In this document: positions 30,629-41,232 of the stretch, one piece after another
Position numbering within the stretch: position 1 is the first letter of the stretch
Layout of the letters: each line of letters opens with the position of its first letter
Assembly: GCA_036161535.1 (NCBI GenBank)
Contig: JAYYCW010000059.1
Coordinates: 203-64,202 of the forward strand
DNA: 64,000 bases
From: Bacteroidota bacterium
GTDB lineage: Bacteria; Bacteroidota; Bacteroidia; Flavobacteriales; Flavobacteriaceae
Reading direction: 5' to 3'
Made by a program: the position numbers and the translations under genes
Notes under the pieces: model-generated
Databases searched by the model: none
What the model was told of the DNA's origin: nothing
Seen by the model: the letters and a program-made list of their open reading frames with translations, nothing else

Positions 30629-31666
30629 TCAAGGAGACGGATTCGGAATTTCTGAATGAATGCCGTTGATTTTTTCCAAAGTATCTTTCGATAATTTAGT
30701 ATGTATACTATCGATATTTTCATTTAGCTGCTCAACTGTCGTAGCACCAATTATATTACTGGTCACAAATGGCCGCTCATTAACAAAAGCCAAGGCCATG
30801 GTTGTCAGCGATATCCCCAGCTCTTTTGCGAGATTGAGATAAGCTTTGGTCGCTGCTGTAGCTTGTTCGCTGCTGTAGCGCTTAAACCTAGGAAATAACT
30901 TCAGTCGTGCATTTTCACTTGCAGTTCCCAGAATGTATTTTCCAGATAAAACACCAAATGCCAAAGGAGAATAAGCCAAAAGTCCCATATTTTCTCTTAA
31001 AGAAATCTCGGCCAAATCACCTTCAAAAACGCGGTTCAATAGCGAATAAGCATTTTGGATGGTACTTATTTTAGGAAGCTTCTCTTTGCGAACTTCTTCA
31101 ATGTAACGCATACTGCCCCAGCTTTTTTCGTTGGAGAGTCCATAAGCTCTAATTTTACCAGCCTTCACCAATGCATTAAGTTGCCGTAGTACTTCATTAA
31201 AATTATCTTTCCAAGGGTCTTTTGGACTGGGTTTAAAATCGCGGACCCCAAAGGTATTGGTGTGTCGCTCTGGCCAGTGGAGTTGGTATAAATCTATATA
31301 GTCGGTCTGTAACCTTTTCAGTTCCAAATCAATTGCTTCAGCAATGGAATTACCTTTAAATCCACTGGTCCTGATATGTGCGGTATAGTCCCCTGGACCT
31401 GCAATTTTACTTGCCAAAACAACCTGATCTCTGTTTTGCCTTTGCTTGAACCAATTTCCTATAATCTCACTAGTACGACCTTGGGTTTGTTTGGTTGCTG
31501 GAACAGGATAAAGCTCTGCGGTATCAAAAAAATTGACCCCCTTTTCTAAAGCATAGTCCATCTGAGAAAAACCATCAGACTCTGTATTTTGATTCCCCCA
31601 GGTCATGGTGCCTAAACAGATTTTACTGACTTTTATATCGGTATTGGGAAGCGTTGTATAATCCAT
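30629..31666 (-). CDS. Aldo/keto reductase (Tas-like)
   Basis: CLGTMTWG, DTAELY, LQTDYIDLYQLHWP, YSPLAFGVL. Confidence 0.92.
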   Translation of the reverse strand: MDYTTLPNTDIKVSKICLGTMTWGNQNTESDGFSQMDYALEKGVNFFDTAELYPVPATKQTQGRTSEIIGNWFKQRQNRDQVVLASKIAGPGDYTAHIRTSGFKGNSIAEAIDLELKRLQTDYIDLYQLHWPERHTNTFGVRDFKPSPKDPWKDNFNEVLRQLNALVKAGKIRAYGLSNEKSWGSMRYIEEVRKEKLPKISTIQNAYSLLNRVFEGDLAEISLRENMGLLAYSPLAFGVLSGKYILGTASENARLKLFPRFKRYSSEQATAATKAYLNLAKELGISLTTMALAFVNERPFVTSNIIGATTVEQLNENIDSIHTKLSKDTLEKINGIHSEIPNPSP

Positions 31667-32625
31667 TAATTTCTGTTGAGAAGTTTATAAATTTTATCCA
31701 ATTTTGGTGTTAAAACCACTTCAATCCGTCTATTTTTTGCTTTCCCTTTAGTAGTTTCATTGCTGTCTACTGGCGCATATTCACTGCGTCCAGCAGCCGT
31801 TAAATTTTCTAATGAAATGGCTTTGTTTTCAGCTAAAATAGAAATGATAGCAGTGGCGCGTTTGGTCGATAAATCCCAATTATTTGAAATTTGCCCACTC
31901 TTAGAAAAAGGGACATCATCCGTATGACCTTCAATTAATACAGCAATATCCGGATTCTTTGCAAGAACATTTCCCAAATGCATTATCGCGTTTCTCCCCT
32001 CAGTATTGACAGCCCAACTGCCAGATTTAAAAAGTAATTTATTTTCCATAGATACATAGACTTTACCATCACGTTGTTGTACGGCGAGGCCTTTTCCTTC
32101 AAAGTCAGTCAGCACCTTAGAAATGGCATTTTTTAAATCTTTCATAGCTTGGTCTTTGGCGTCGATAAGTGCCTCTAGTTCTGTAATGCGCTCTGAGCGT
32201 TCTTGCATGTCTGCTTCCAATCGCATCAAGCGTTCATTCTCTAGCGCAAGGGCCTCTTCTTTTGCTTTTAATTGTTCTAAAAGCGCTCTGCTTATTTGTG
32301 AATTTTCTTCAAATGCTTTGGAACTGTTTTGCTCCAATTCTGAATAAGCGCCATTTAAATTGTCATAATTTTTTTTAAGCGAATTTAAATCACTCTTAAG
32401 TTGGTCACGTTCAGATTTGACAGTTTCATAAGTCTGTTTAAGAGCATTCAATTCATTTCCCAATTCTTTTTTTAAGCCAATTTCACTGTCATTAGTCAAA
32501 GACAATGCATCATAATCTGACTTAAGTTGGCCGTACTTTCCTTCTAATTCTTTATAAAGCTTAGAAGATACACAAGCTGTTGCGTTCAATACTACAAGAG
32601 AAATAAGAATAATTTTTTTTAGCAT
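31666..32625 (-). CDS. Coiled-coil OmpA/MotB-domain lipoprotein
   Basis: Lipobox (TAC), long coiled coil, IEGHTD..NWDLS..RA..NRRIE; likely start ATG 32625. Confidence 0.85.
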   Translation of the reverse strand: MLKKIILISLVVLNATACVSSKLYKELEGKYGQLKSDYDALSLTNDSEIGLKKELGNELNALKQTYETVKSERDQLKSDLNSLKKNYDNLNGAYSELEQNSSKAFEENSQISRALLEQLKAKEEALALENERLMRLEADMQERSERITELEALIDAKDQAMKDLKNAISKVLTDFEGKGLAVQQRDGKVYVSMENKLLFKSGSWAVNTEGRNAIMHLGNVLAKNPDIAVLIEGHTDDVPFSKSGQISNNWDLSTKRATAIISILAENKAISLENLTAAGRSEYAPVDSNETTKGKAKNRRIEVVLTPKLDKIYKLLNRN

Positions 32626-33398
32626 GATTTTAGTTTTATGTTTAATTCCAAAAGGACAGGACAATGATCGCTGTGAACCGCTTCTTTTAAAATAAGTGCG
32701 CGTTTAATACAAGGTTTTAAAGGACTTGTCACAAGTGTATAATCCAACCGCCAACCTTTGTTATTGGCTCTTGAGTTGGCGCGATAACTCCACCAACTGT
32801 ATTGATGAGGTTCCGCACTTAGCTCGCGAAAGGCGTCTACAAAACCACTGTTTAAAAACCCAGACATCCAAGCCCTTTCTTCTGGTAAAAAACCAGAAAC
32901 ATTTTTATTTCGTACAGGATCGTGTATGTCAATCGCTTGGTGACAAATATTATAATCCCCGCAAATAACAAGATTTGGTTTTTCTACTTTTAGGGCATCG
33001 ATATAGGTTTTAAATAGGGCCATATATTCAAACTTGTGTTCCAAGCGCTGAATGTTAGTACCCGAGGGCAAATACAAGCTCATTACAGAGACTTCAGAAA
33101 AATCTACCCTTAGATTTCTACCCTCAAAATCCATGGATTCAATGCCAGTTCCATAAACGACACTTTCTGGTTTGGTTTTACACAGTATGGCGACTCCGCT
33201 ATAGCCCTTTTTTTGGGCACTAAACCAATAGTGGTATGGATAACCCGCTTTTTCAAAAAGGGTCAAATCGAGTTGCTCTTTTTGAGCTTTAATTTCTTGT
33301 AAACAAATCACGTCGGGGTCGGCCGCTACCAACCATTCTAAAAACCCTTTTTTTATAGCAGCGCGAATGCCGTTGACATTGTAGGAGATGATTTTCAC
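32619..33398 (-). CDS. xth: Exodeoxyribonuclease III / AP endonuclease
   Basis: SYNVNGIRA, LQEIK, GYSGVA, GDYN, WRLDY, SDHCP. Confidence 0.95.
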   Translation of the reverse strand: MKIISYNVNGIRAAIKKGFLEWLVAADPDVICLQEIKAQKEQLDLTLFEKAGYPYHYWFSAQKKGYSGVAILCKTKPESVVYGTGIESMDFEGRNLRVDFSEVSVMSLYLPSGTNIQRLEHKFEYMALFKTYIDALKVEKPNLVICGDYNICHQAIDIHDPVRNKNVSGFLPEERAWMSGFLNSGFVDAFRELSAEPHQYSWWSYRANSRANNKGWRLDYTLVTSPLKPCIKRALILKEAVHSDHCPVLLELNIKLKSC

Positions 33399-33503
33399 AG
33401 AATAGAATCTATTGTTTCAGCTAAAATAATTAAAGCCTTACTTTTACACTAAATAATGATGGCTGTTTTTATTTAAAACTATCAACAAAATATTTAGAAG
33501 ATA

Positions 33504-36500
33504 TTGAAGTTTAAACATTGGATGCGCTTATTAAACACTTTCATTTTATTCATTTCTTTTTTTTCGTCTTGGTCTCAAGTTGCAGAATCCTTAATTCAGT
33601 CAAAAAAAATAATCATAAAAGAGCAGATATTATTGGACAGTGTGAGCTTGAATCCGTTGTTTTTTAAGGTTCTTGATTTGGAAAACAAACCTTTGCAAGA
33701 TTCCTTGTATGAAATTGATTTTACCAATGCTATTCTGCGTTTTAAATCCACAAAAACTAATTTAGATTCCATTAGGGTTCAGTATTTAAAGTACCCTGAT
33801 TTTATGACTCGGACCTATAAACAACTCGACAGCAATATTATTGTAAACTCTACAGATTTGACAAATACACTCTATCAGCTTTCCAAGCCAAGTGAACAAC
33901 AAACTGCAGTTCCATTTGATGGTTTGACAACTTCTGGAAGTCTTTCAAGAGGCGTGACAATTGGCAACAATCAAAATTCAGTTTTAAACAGCGAATTAGA
34001 TCTTCAAATTAGCGGTAAACTCAATGAAAAAGTAACGCTTAGGGCTTCCATTCAAGATGCCAATATTCCTCTGCAGCAAAGTGGTTACTCGCAGCGATTG
34101 GACGAATTTGATCAAGTTTTTATCGAAGCCTTTACAGACCGCTGGTCCATTCGTGCAGGAGATATTGATTTGGAAAGCTCAAGTTCATATTTTGGGCAAT
34201 TTTCTAAGCGGGTTCAAGGCCTGTTGGTTCGCTCAAGTTTTAAAAATACTAAAAATGAATCCAACGCTTTTGTCTCTGGTGCCCTAGTCAGAGGACAATT
34301 TACAAGAAGTCAGTTTACGGCACTTGAGGGCAATCAAGGCCCTTATAAATTAAAAGGTCCCAACAATGAATTGTTTGTATTGATTGTTTCAGGGAGTGAA
34401 ACTGTTTATGTCAATGGGGTCGCGCTTGTTCGTGGTGCGACCAATGATTATATCATTGATTACAATGCTGGTGAAATTATTTTCAACCCCACCTATCCAA
34501 TTAATTCGGAAATGCGAATTACAGTCGATTACCAGTACAGTGAGAGAAATTACACGCGTTTTGTTGGTTATGCCGGAGGACAACTAAAATCAGAAAAATT
34601 ATTTTTTGGTCTTTCGTTTTACAATGAAAATGATTTAAAGAATCAACCCCTTCAACAAAATTTAAGCAGCGACCAAGCAGCTGTTTTGTCTCAAGCTGGA
34701 GATGACAGATCTTTGATGACAGCACCTTCAGCATCTCTACAAGATTTTTCTGAAAATAGAATTTTATACAAAAAAGAGCTTGTAAACGGACAGGAAATTT
34801 TTGTATTTTCAAATAATCCAGAGGACGAATTATACCAAGTGAATTTTTTGATGGTAGGCGATCTTCAAGGAGATTATGTATTGGCAAGTTCCAGTTCAAT
34901 TTCTAATATTTATGAATATATTGCTCCAATTTCGGGGCAGTCCCAAGGAAATTACGCACCCATTATACAACTGGTACCGCCGATCAAGCTTCAGTTGGCC
35001 GTTCTTAACGGCCGCTACGCCCCATCTGAAAAAACCAATATAGAATTTGAAACTGCTGCCAGTCGAAATGATCTTAATTTGTTTTCAAGTCTTTCTGATA
35101 ATGATAACGATGGTTTTGCGGCCCGCTATAAATTGACTCATAAGCTTTGGAGTTCTTCGGACAACTGGAATATTACTCTCACCTCTGATTTAGACTACAT
35201 TCAAAAGAATTTTAGAAATTTGGAAAGGCTTTACAATCCTGAATTCAACAGGGACTGGAACCTTGTGACACCCTCTGCTAATGGCATTGTTTCAGATTTG
35301 GGGACTCAATTTTTTGCAACCAATGCCATTACACTTTCAAAAACCAATTTAGGCCAGATTAATTATGCTTTTCAACATTTGAATTTTTCAGAAAATTTTA
35401 ACGGGAATCGTCATATTTTCAGTACTAATCTCAACTCAGAAAAACTTGACTTTCAAACCCACTCAAGTCTTTTAAAAACTAACAGTGAACGAGCATCGTC
35501 TAATTTTTTACGATCTCAATCTCAAATTAGATACCGAATTGGTAAGTTCTGGCCGGGACTTAAATTTTCTACTGAAAAAAATGAAATTATTTCCAAACTC
35601 GATAATCAATTGGATTCACTAAGTCAGTGTTTTTCCTCTTACGAAGGCTTTTTAGGGATTGGAGATTCTACCAAAGTTTTTGTAAAATTTGGTTATATTC
35701 ATCGCGTCAACGACAGTGTTCAGGGTGCTAGCATGCAGCGCGTAAATCAATCGGATACATATTATTTAAAATCAAAATTGATTGTGTCTGACCGTTCTGA
35801 CTTAAGCCTTTTTGTCAATTATCGGCTGTTTGATCTAAAAACACAGTCCCCTTCCTTGCAAAAGTCTTTAAATTCAAGAATTTTTTACAACCAAGCCTTC
35901 GCCAAAAATTTAGTGCAATGGCAAACGGTGTATGAAACCAATTCTGGACAATTGCCCCAACAAGATTTTACCTATGTCGAAGTTGAACCCGGTCAAGGAT
36001 CCTTTGTTTGGTTTGATTACAATGCCAACGGCGTTCAAGAGCTCGAAGAATTTGAAGTGGCTCAGTTTCAAGATCAAGCTACTTATATTCGGGTTCTTTT
36101 ACCCAATCAGGTCTTTATCAGAATACATCAAAACCGCTTGAGTCAGTCACTTACTTTTGATCCAATACAGTGGGCAAGTTCTAAAAAAAAGAACCAAAAA
36201 TTTTGGTCTCATTTTTACAATTTGACTTCTTATCTTATAGACCGAAAAGACCAAAATGACTTCCGAACCATTAATTTAAATCCTTTTAAATCGGAGGATG
36301 GCCAGCAGTTAGGGTTGCAGTCTAACTTTAGAAATCAGTTGTTTTATAATCGTGGTAAGCAATTTTACACTATGGCCTACAGCTATTTTGATTCCGAATT
36401 AAAAAATGTGCTTTCGTTTGGATCCATCAGTCAAAAAGGCTCTGGGCACCAATTTAACTTTACACACAAAGTCCAATCGCAATGGCTCTTAAATTTCAAG

Positions 36501-36959
36501 GTAAATCTTGAGACCAATCGTACTATAAGTGAGAATTTTTCGTCAAAAAATTACCATTTAGAGCAGCTGCTTATTAATCCAAAACTGTCTTATTTATTGG
36601 ACAACAACAAGCGCTTTGATTTATTTTATCAATTTGAGAAAAAAGATAATATAATTCAAAATCGGGAAGTTTTAGAACAGCATAAGTTAGGGATTTCTGC
36701 TGTCTTAAATCAAAATCAAAAAGCCGCCATCACTGCTGAGTTTAATTATTTTTCAAATAATTTTAAAGGCAACGCAAACAGTCCTGTGGCTTATCAAATG
36801 ATGCAAGGCTTGCAAGACGGAACTAATTTTACGTGGTCCATAATTGCTCAAAAGAAACTCACAAAGTTTCTGGATTTAAATTTAAACTATTTTGGTCGTA
36901 AGACGGAAACAAGTAAAACAATTCATACCGGGACCGTTCAATTGAAGGCCTATTTTTAA
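33504..36959 (+). CDS. Large (about 1150 aa) putative outer-membrane beta-barrel protein of unknown function
   Basis: Signal peptide, many amphipathic strands, C-terminal QLKAYF beta-signal. Confidence 0.65.
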   Translation: MKFKHWMRLLNTFILFISFFSSWSQVAESLIQSKKIIIKEQILLDSVSLNPLFFKVLDLENKPLQDSLYEIDFTNAILRFKSTKTNLDSIRVQYLKYPDFMTRTYKQLDSNIIVNSTDLTNTLYQLSKPSEQQTAVPFDGLTTSGSLSRGVTIGNNQNSVLNSELDLQISGKLNEKVTLRASIQDANIPLQQSGYSQRLDEFDQVFIEAFTDRWSIRAGDIDLESSSSYFGQFSKRVQGLLVRSSFKNTKNESNAFVSGALVRGQFTRSQFTALEGNQGPYKLKGPNNELFVLIVSGSETVYVNGVALVRGATNDYIIDYNAGEIIFNPTYPINSEMRITVDYQYSERNYTRFVGYAGGQLKSEKLFFGLSFYNENDLKNQPLQQNLSSDQAAVLSQAGDDRSLMTAPSASLQDFSENRILYKKELVNGQEIFVFSNNPEDELYQVNFLMVGDLQGDYVLASSSSISNIYEYIAPISGQSQGNYAPIIQLVPPIKLQLAVLNGRYAPSEKTNIEFETAASRNDLNLFSSLSDNDNDGFAARYKLTHKLWSSSDNWNITLTSDLDYIQKNFRNLERLYNPEFNRDWNLVTPSANGIVSDLGTQFFATNAITLSKTNLGQINYAFQHLNFSENFNGNRHIFSTNLNSEKLDFQTHSSLLKTNSERASSNFLRSQSQIRYRIGKFWPGLKFSTEKNEIISKLDNQLDSLSQCFSSYEGFLGIGDSTKVFVKFGYIHRVNDSVQGASMQRVNQSDTYYLKSKLIVSDRSDLSLFVNYRLFDLKTQSPSLQKSLNSRIFYNQAFAKNLVQWQTVYETNSGQLPQQDFTYVEVEPGQGSFVWFDYNANGVQELEEFEVAQFQDQATYIRVLLPNQVFIRIHQNRLSQSLTFDPIQWASSKKKNQKFWSHFYNLTSYLIDRKDQNDFRTINLNPFKSEDGQQLGLQSNFRNQLFYNRGKQFYTMAYSYFDSELKNVLSFGSISQKGSGHQFNFTHKVQSQWLLNFKVNLETNRTISENFSSKNYHLEQLLINPKLSYLLDNNKRFDLFYQFEKKDNIIQNREVLEQHKLGISAVLNQNQKAAITAEFNYFSNNFKGNANSPVAYQMMQGLQDGTNFTWSIIAQKKLTKFLDLNLNYFGRKTETSKTIHTGTVQLKAYF

Positions 36960-37104
36960 TTCTGAATAACATTGAATACTAACGGCGGGGTGAAAAATGA
37001 GAACTGAATTGATTTTCAATCCCATAGTAAAGAATAAACTTCAAAATTATTGTGCAGCACACAATACTAGCAACCTTTAATGGTACTTAGAAATTAATTT
37101 CAAT

Positions 37105-38646
37105 CTATAATCTTTTAAGCCAGTGTTTAGCTGCAACCTCTTTATTAATAATTTTTGATAAAGCGTTGATTTTAACTCGTGTTTGCTCCATCGAGTCTCT
37201 TTGGCGTAGTGTTACAGTACTGTCTTCAATTGTCTGATGATCCACAGTGACACAAAAGGGAGTTCCTATGGCATCTTGGCGGCGGTACCGTCTGCCTACA
37301 GCATCTTTTTCGTCATAAATAACACTAAAATCCCATCGAAGTTCTGTAAAAATATTTTTTGCTAGTTCAGGCAAACCGTCTTTTTTAACCAAAGGCAATA
37401 CGGCCGCTTTATAGGGCGCCAATACGGCGGGGAGTTTTAGCAATGTTCGGCTTGAATTATCCTCAATAGTTTCTTCTGTTAAACTGTTTGAAAAAACAGC
37501 CAGGAACATGCGGTCTAATCCGATAGAAGTTTCCAGGACATAAGGGACGTAATTTTTATTTTCTTCAGAATCAAAAAATTGCAATTTCTTCCCAGCGTAT
37601 TTTTCGTGTTGACTTAAATCAAAGTCTGTTCTTGAATGTATACCTTCAAGCTCTTTAAAGCCAAAAGGGAATTTGAATTCTATATCCGCAGCAGCGTCGG
37701 CATAATGTGCTAGTTTTTCGTGGTCATGAAAACGGTAGTTGTCTGCGCCCATTCCCAAGGACAAATGCCATTTAAGCCTGGCTTCTTTCCAATGCTCATA
37801 CCATTTTTTCTGTGTTCCAGGTTTTATAAAAAATTGCATTTCCATCTGTTCAAATTCCCGCATTCTAAAAATAAATTGACGGGCTACAATCTCATTTCTA
37901 AAAGCCTTGCCTGTCTGTGCAATTCCAAAAGGAATTTTCATTCGTCCTGTTTTTTGAACATTTAAAAAATTAACAAAAATGCCTTGAGCAGTTTCAGGGC
38001 GTAAGTACAAATCCATAGCACTTTCTGCCGAGGCTCCAAGTTTGGTTCCAAACATCAAATTGAATTGCTTGACGTCAGTCCAATTGCGACTCCCACTGAT
38101 TGGGTCCGCGATTTCTAGCTCTTCAATCAAGGCTTTAACATCGGATAAATCTTCATTCTCTAAGGACTTACTCAGCCGCTTTAAAATCGAATTAATTTTT
38201 TTATGATAGCCTAAGACTCGACCGTTGGTGGTCATAAATTCAACTTTGTCAAAATCATCTCCGAAGCGTTTTTTCGCTTTTTTGACTTCTTTTTCAATTT
38301 TCTGCTCAATCTTGGCACAATAATCTTCAACTAGGACATCGGCCCTGTAACGTTTTTTGGAATCTTTATTGTCAATCAGAGGGTCATTAAAGGCATCAAT
38401 GTGCCCCGAAGCTTTCCAAGTGGTGGGGTGCATAAAAATAGCTGCATCTAAACCCACAATATTGGAGTTCATCTGAACCATGGCTTTCCACCAATAATCG
38501 CGAATATTTTTTTTGAGTTCTGCCCCGTTTTGTCCATAGTCATAGACCGCGCTTAAGCCATCATAAATTTCACTGCTTTGAAATACAAAGCCATATTCCT
38601 TTGCATGGGAAATAACTTTCTTGAAAAGATCTTGCGGATTGCTCAT
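37105..38646 (-). CDS. glyQS: Glycine--tRNA ligase, alpha2 (GlyQS) type
   Basis: LRPETAQGIF, FRNEI, REFEQME, ELEGI, anticodon domain GRRYRRQDAIGTP. Confidence 0.96.
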   Translation of the reverse strand: MSNPQDLFKKVISHAKEYGFVFQSSEIYDGLSAVYDYGQNGAELKKNIRDYWWKAMVQMNSNIVGLDAAIFMHPTTWKASGHIDAFNDPLIDNKDSKKRYRADVLVEDYCAKIEQKIEKEVKKAKKRFGDDFDKVEFMTTNGRVLGYHKKINSILKRLSKSLENEDLSDVKALIEELEIADPISGSRNWTDVKQFNLMFGTKLGASAESAMDLYLRPETAQGIFVNFLNVQKTGRMKIPFGIAQTGKAFRNEIVARQFIFRMREFEQMEMQFFIKPGTQKKWYEHWKEARLKWHLSLGMGADNYRFHDHEKLAHYADAAADIEFKFPFGFKELEGIHSRTDFDLSQHEKYAGKKLQFFDSEENKNYVPYVLETSIGLDRMFLAVFSNSLTEETIEDNSSRTLLKLPAVLAPYKAAVLPLVKKDGLPELAKNIFTELRWDFSVIYDEKDAVGRRYRRQDAIGTPFCVTVDHQTIEDSTVTLRQRDSMEQTRVKINALSKIINKEVAAKHWLKRL

Positions 38647-38720
38647 TTTACAAAAATAGAAAACACGACTAAATTAAGTAGCAAGAAGTTAATAAATATA
38701 AATATTTTTCAAATTTTTAA

Positions 38721-38831
38721 AAAAAGCTATTTCGATTCATAAATTTAATTTTTTCTTATTATTGTCTTGGGTGCGAGCTTAGTTCCATAAGCGTGGTTGC
38801 CATAGCGATTGCCAACACAGCATTTCATTAA
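38721..38831 (+). pseudogene. Probable remnant of a comF-like gene (N- and C-termini joined, no start codon)
   Basis: Frame reads KKLFRFINLIFSYYCLGCE-LSSISVVAIAIANTAFH*; resembles the ComF N-terminal 'xNLFFPxxCxxC' and C-terminal 'xISVxxIAxA' by eye. Confidence 0.5.
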
Positions 38832-38873
38832 AATCAAAATATATTGTTTCTTTGCAAACACTGACAATCTGTG

Positions 38874-40481
38874 ATGCGAAATTCAATTATTAAGACAGTA
38901 TTTATACTGGTTTCTCCTATACTAATATTTCAATGTGCCAATAGAGGAACTGCCAGCGGTGGCCCCAAGGACAATACACCTCCTGTGGTACTCAGTGAAC
39001 TACCAAAAAATTTTTCTACTAACTTCAATGGTAATGAAATTAAAATTTATTTTGATGAATATATAAAGCTTAAAAATCTTCAGAAACAATTAATAGTATC
39101 ACCCCCCATGGATCCTCCGCCAGAAATAATGCCACTTGGATCTGCAAGTAAATACATTAGCATAAAAATTTATGACAATTTGCAAGCCAATACGACTTAC
39201 GCTTTTAACTTTGGTAATAGCATTGAAGATAATAATGAGGGCAACCCTTATCCATTTTATAGGTATGTATTTTCAACAGGCTCGACCATTGACTCTCTGT
39301 CAATTTCTGGGTTGGTTTCAGATGCTTTTGATTTTGAAACACCCAACAGTGTTTCTGTAATGCTGCATGAGGTAGACTCTACTTTTACAGATTCTATTAT
39401 ATTTAAACAAAAGCCAAAATATATTGGCGTTACAGACAGTCTGTCACGGTTTAAAATTGAAAATTTAAAGCCTGGAAAATATCTTTTGACAGCGCTGAAA
39501 GAGGAAAGTGTTAATTACACCTATCAGCCCAAAAAAGATAAGTTTGCCTACTTCAGCAAGTTTATCTCAGTCCCATCAGACACATCCTATCTTTTAAAAC
39601 TTTTTAAGCAAGCAGATGATTTTAAATTTGTTCGTGCGCGACAGCTAGCTCAAGGGCGTATTGGCTTTGGTTACGAAGGCGATTTTTCATTGATGAAAAT
39701 AAAAGGGCTTTCTGCCTCATTAGACTCAGTAGATTTCACTATTTCTAAAGCCCCTGAAAAAGACACTTTGAACTATTGGATACGTCCTAGAAAGTTAGAA
39801 GTTGATTCCTTGATGTTTGAGGTATCTTACTTTACCGAAAAGGACACTGTTAAGGTACGAATCAAATCCCTTGAAACAGATTCGTTAAGTTTTGAGGCGG
39901 TTTCAACCAATCTTAAGCTTAATAGCCTCTTTAAATTACGTGCGAATATACCGCTCAATGAAATCGATGCATCAAAAACCATCGTTATGGACAAAGATTC
40001 ATTATTTCTCGAAAGTTTTCTAAGTCTTGATTCACTTAAAAACACAGATGCTAATTTAAAGTTTAATAAAACTGAGGGAAATCGCTATAAAATTACCTTT
40101 TTACCAGGGGCCTTTACAGATTTTTACGGTTATCAAAATGACACCTTAAGTTTTAGTACAAACACAAAATTAATTGATTCCTACGGGAATTTAAGGCTTT
40201 CAGTGCGCAACGCTGTTTACCCTATTATTGTTCAAATTGTTTCTACTAATGGGGAGTTAAAGGCGGAGCAGATTTTGGAGGGCCCTGGGCCAATTGACTT
40301 TATACACTTGGACCCAGGCAGCTATTTTTTAAGAGCTGTTTTTGACACCAATAAAAATGGTCGCTATGATGCCGGTAATTTTCTAGAAAAGAGACAGCCA
40401 GAACGAGTGAGTTATGGCAAGGAAATACTGGAGGTTCGAGCGGGCTGGGATAATATTGAAGTCTTTGTATTAGAGGACTAA
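38874..40481 (+). CDS. Ig-like (Big_5) domain lipoprotein
   Basis: Lipobox followed by CA..G..SGGPKDxTPP, FDEYI, FSTG; C-terminal DTNKNGRYD. Confidence 0.8.
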   Translation: MRNSIIKTVFILVSPILIFQCANRGTASGGPKDNTPPVVLSELPKNFSTNFNGNEIKIYFDEYIKLKNLQKQLIVSPPMDPPPEIMPLGSASKYISIKIYDNLQANTTYAFNFGNSIEDNNEGNPYPFYRYVFSTGSTIDSLSISGLVSDAFDFETPNSVSVMLHEVDSTFTDSIIFKQKPKYIGVTDSLSRFKIENLKPGKYLLTALKEESVNYTYQPKKDKFAYFSKFISVPSDTSYLLKLFKQADDFKFVRARQLAQGRIGFGYEGDFSLMKIKGLSASLDSVDFTISKAPEKDTLNYWIRPRKLEVDSLMFEVSYFTEKDTVKVRIKSLETDSLSFEAVSTNLKLNSLFKLRANIPLNEIDASKTIVMDKDSLFLESFLSLDSLKNTDANLKFNKTEGNRYKITFLPGAFTDFYGYQNDTLSFSTNTKLIDSYGNLRLSVRNAVYPIIVQIVSTNGELKAEQILEGPGPIDFIHLDPGSYFLRAVFDTNKNGRYDAGNFLEKRQPERVSYGKEILEVRAGWDNIEVFVLED

Positions 40482-41224
40482 CCTTTGAGGTTGGCCTTGA
40501 TCAATTCTCGGTTCATTCGGGCAATATTTTCTAGCGAAATCCCTTTGGGACACTCCACCTCGCAAGCGCCTGTATTGGTACAATTACCAAAGCCTTCTAA
40601 GTCCATTTGGGCGACCATATTTTTAACGCGATCAGCTGCTTCAACCTGTCCTTGAGGTAACAGGGCATATTGGGAAACCTTTGCTCCCACAAACAACATG
40701 GCCGATGAATTTTTACAAGTAGCGACACAGGCACCACAGCCTATACAAGTGGCAGCATCCATGGCATCGTCAGCTGCATGTTTTGAAATGGGAATTGCAT
40801 TTCCATCTTGAGTATTTCCAGATGTGTTGACAGAAATAAAGCCACCGGCGTGTTGAATGCGGTCAAAAGCCGAGCGGTCAACCACCAAGTCTTTGATAAT
40901 TGGAAATGCTTTGGCTCTAAAGGGTTCAATAAAAATGGTGTCTCCATCTTTAAATTTCCTCATATGTAATTGACAGGTGGTGACGCGGCGGTCGGGTCCA
41001 TGTGCCTCTCCATTGATATATAAAGAACAAGAACCGCAAATTCCTTCGCGACAGTCATGGTCGAATGCCACTGGCACTTCTCCAGCACTAATAAGTTTGC
41101 TGTTTAAAACATCTAACATTTCAAGAAAAGACATATCAGGAGAAATACCACTGATGGGGTATTCCACAATTTCTCCTTTTTGTTTAGCGCTTTTTTGTCG
41201 CCAGATTTTTAATGTTAAATTCAT
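40478..41224 (-). CDS. sdhB: Succinate dehydrogenase/fumarate reductase Fe-S subunit
   Basis: [28 protein letters not shown]. Confidence 0.96.
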   Translation of the reverse strand: MNLTLKIWRQKSAKQKGEIVEYPISGISPDMSFLEMLDVLNSKLISAGEVPVAFDHDCREGICGSCSLYINGEAHGPDRRVTTCQLHMRKFKDGDTIFIEPFRAKAFPIIKDLVVDRSAFDRIQHAGGFISVNTSGNTQDGNAIPISKHAADDAMDAATCIGCGACVATCKNSSAMLFVGAKVSQYALLPQGQVEAADRVKNMVAQMDLEGFGNCTNTGACEVECPKGISLENIARMNRELIKANLKG

Positions 41225-41232
41225 AACAATGC

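Noticed and set aside
31666-32625. MotB-like protein suggesting a flagellar or novel motor
   Set aside because: Lipoprotein with a generic OmpA-C peptidoglycan-binding domain; no motA partner or stator Asp-containing TM nearby
36960-37104. 145-bp convergent spacer with a 7-bp hairpin TATTGTG-CAGCA-CACAATA
   Set aside because: No recognisable RNA family or protein remnant; hairpin too short to call
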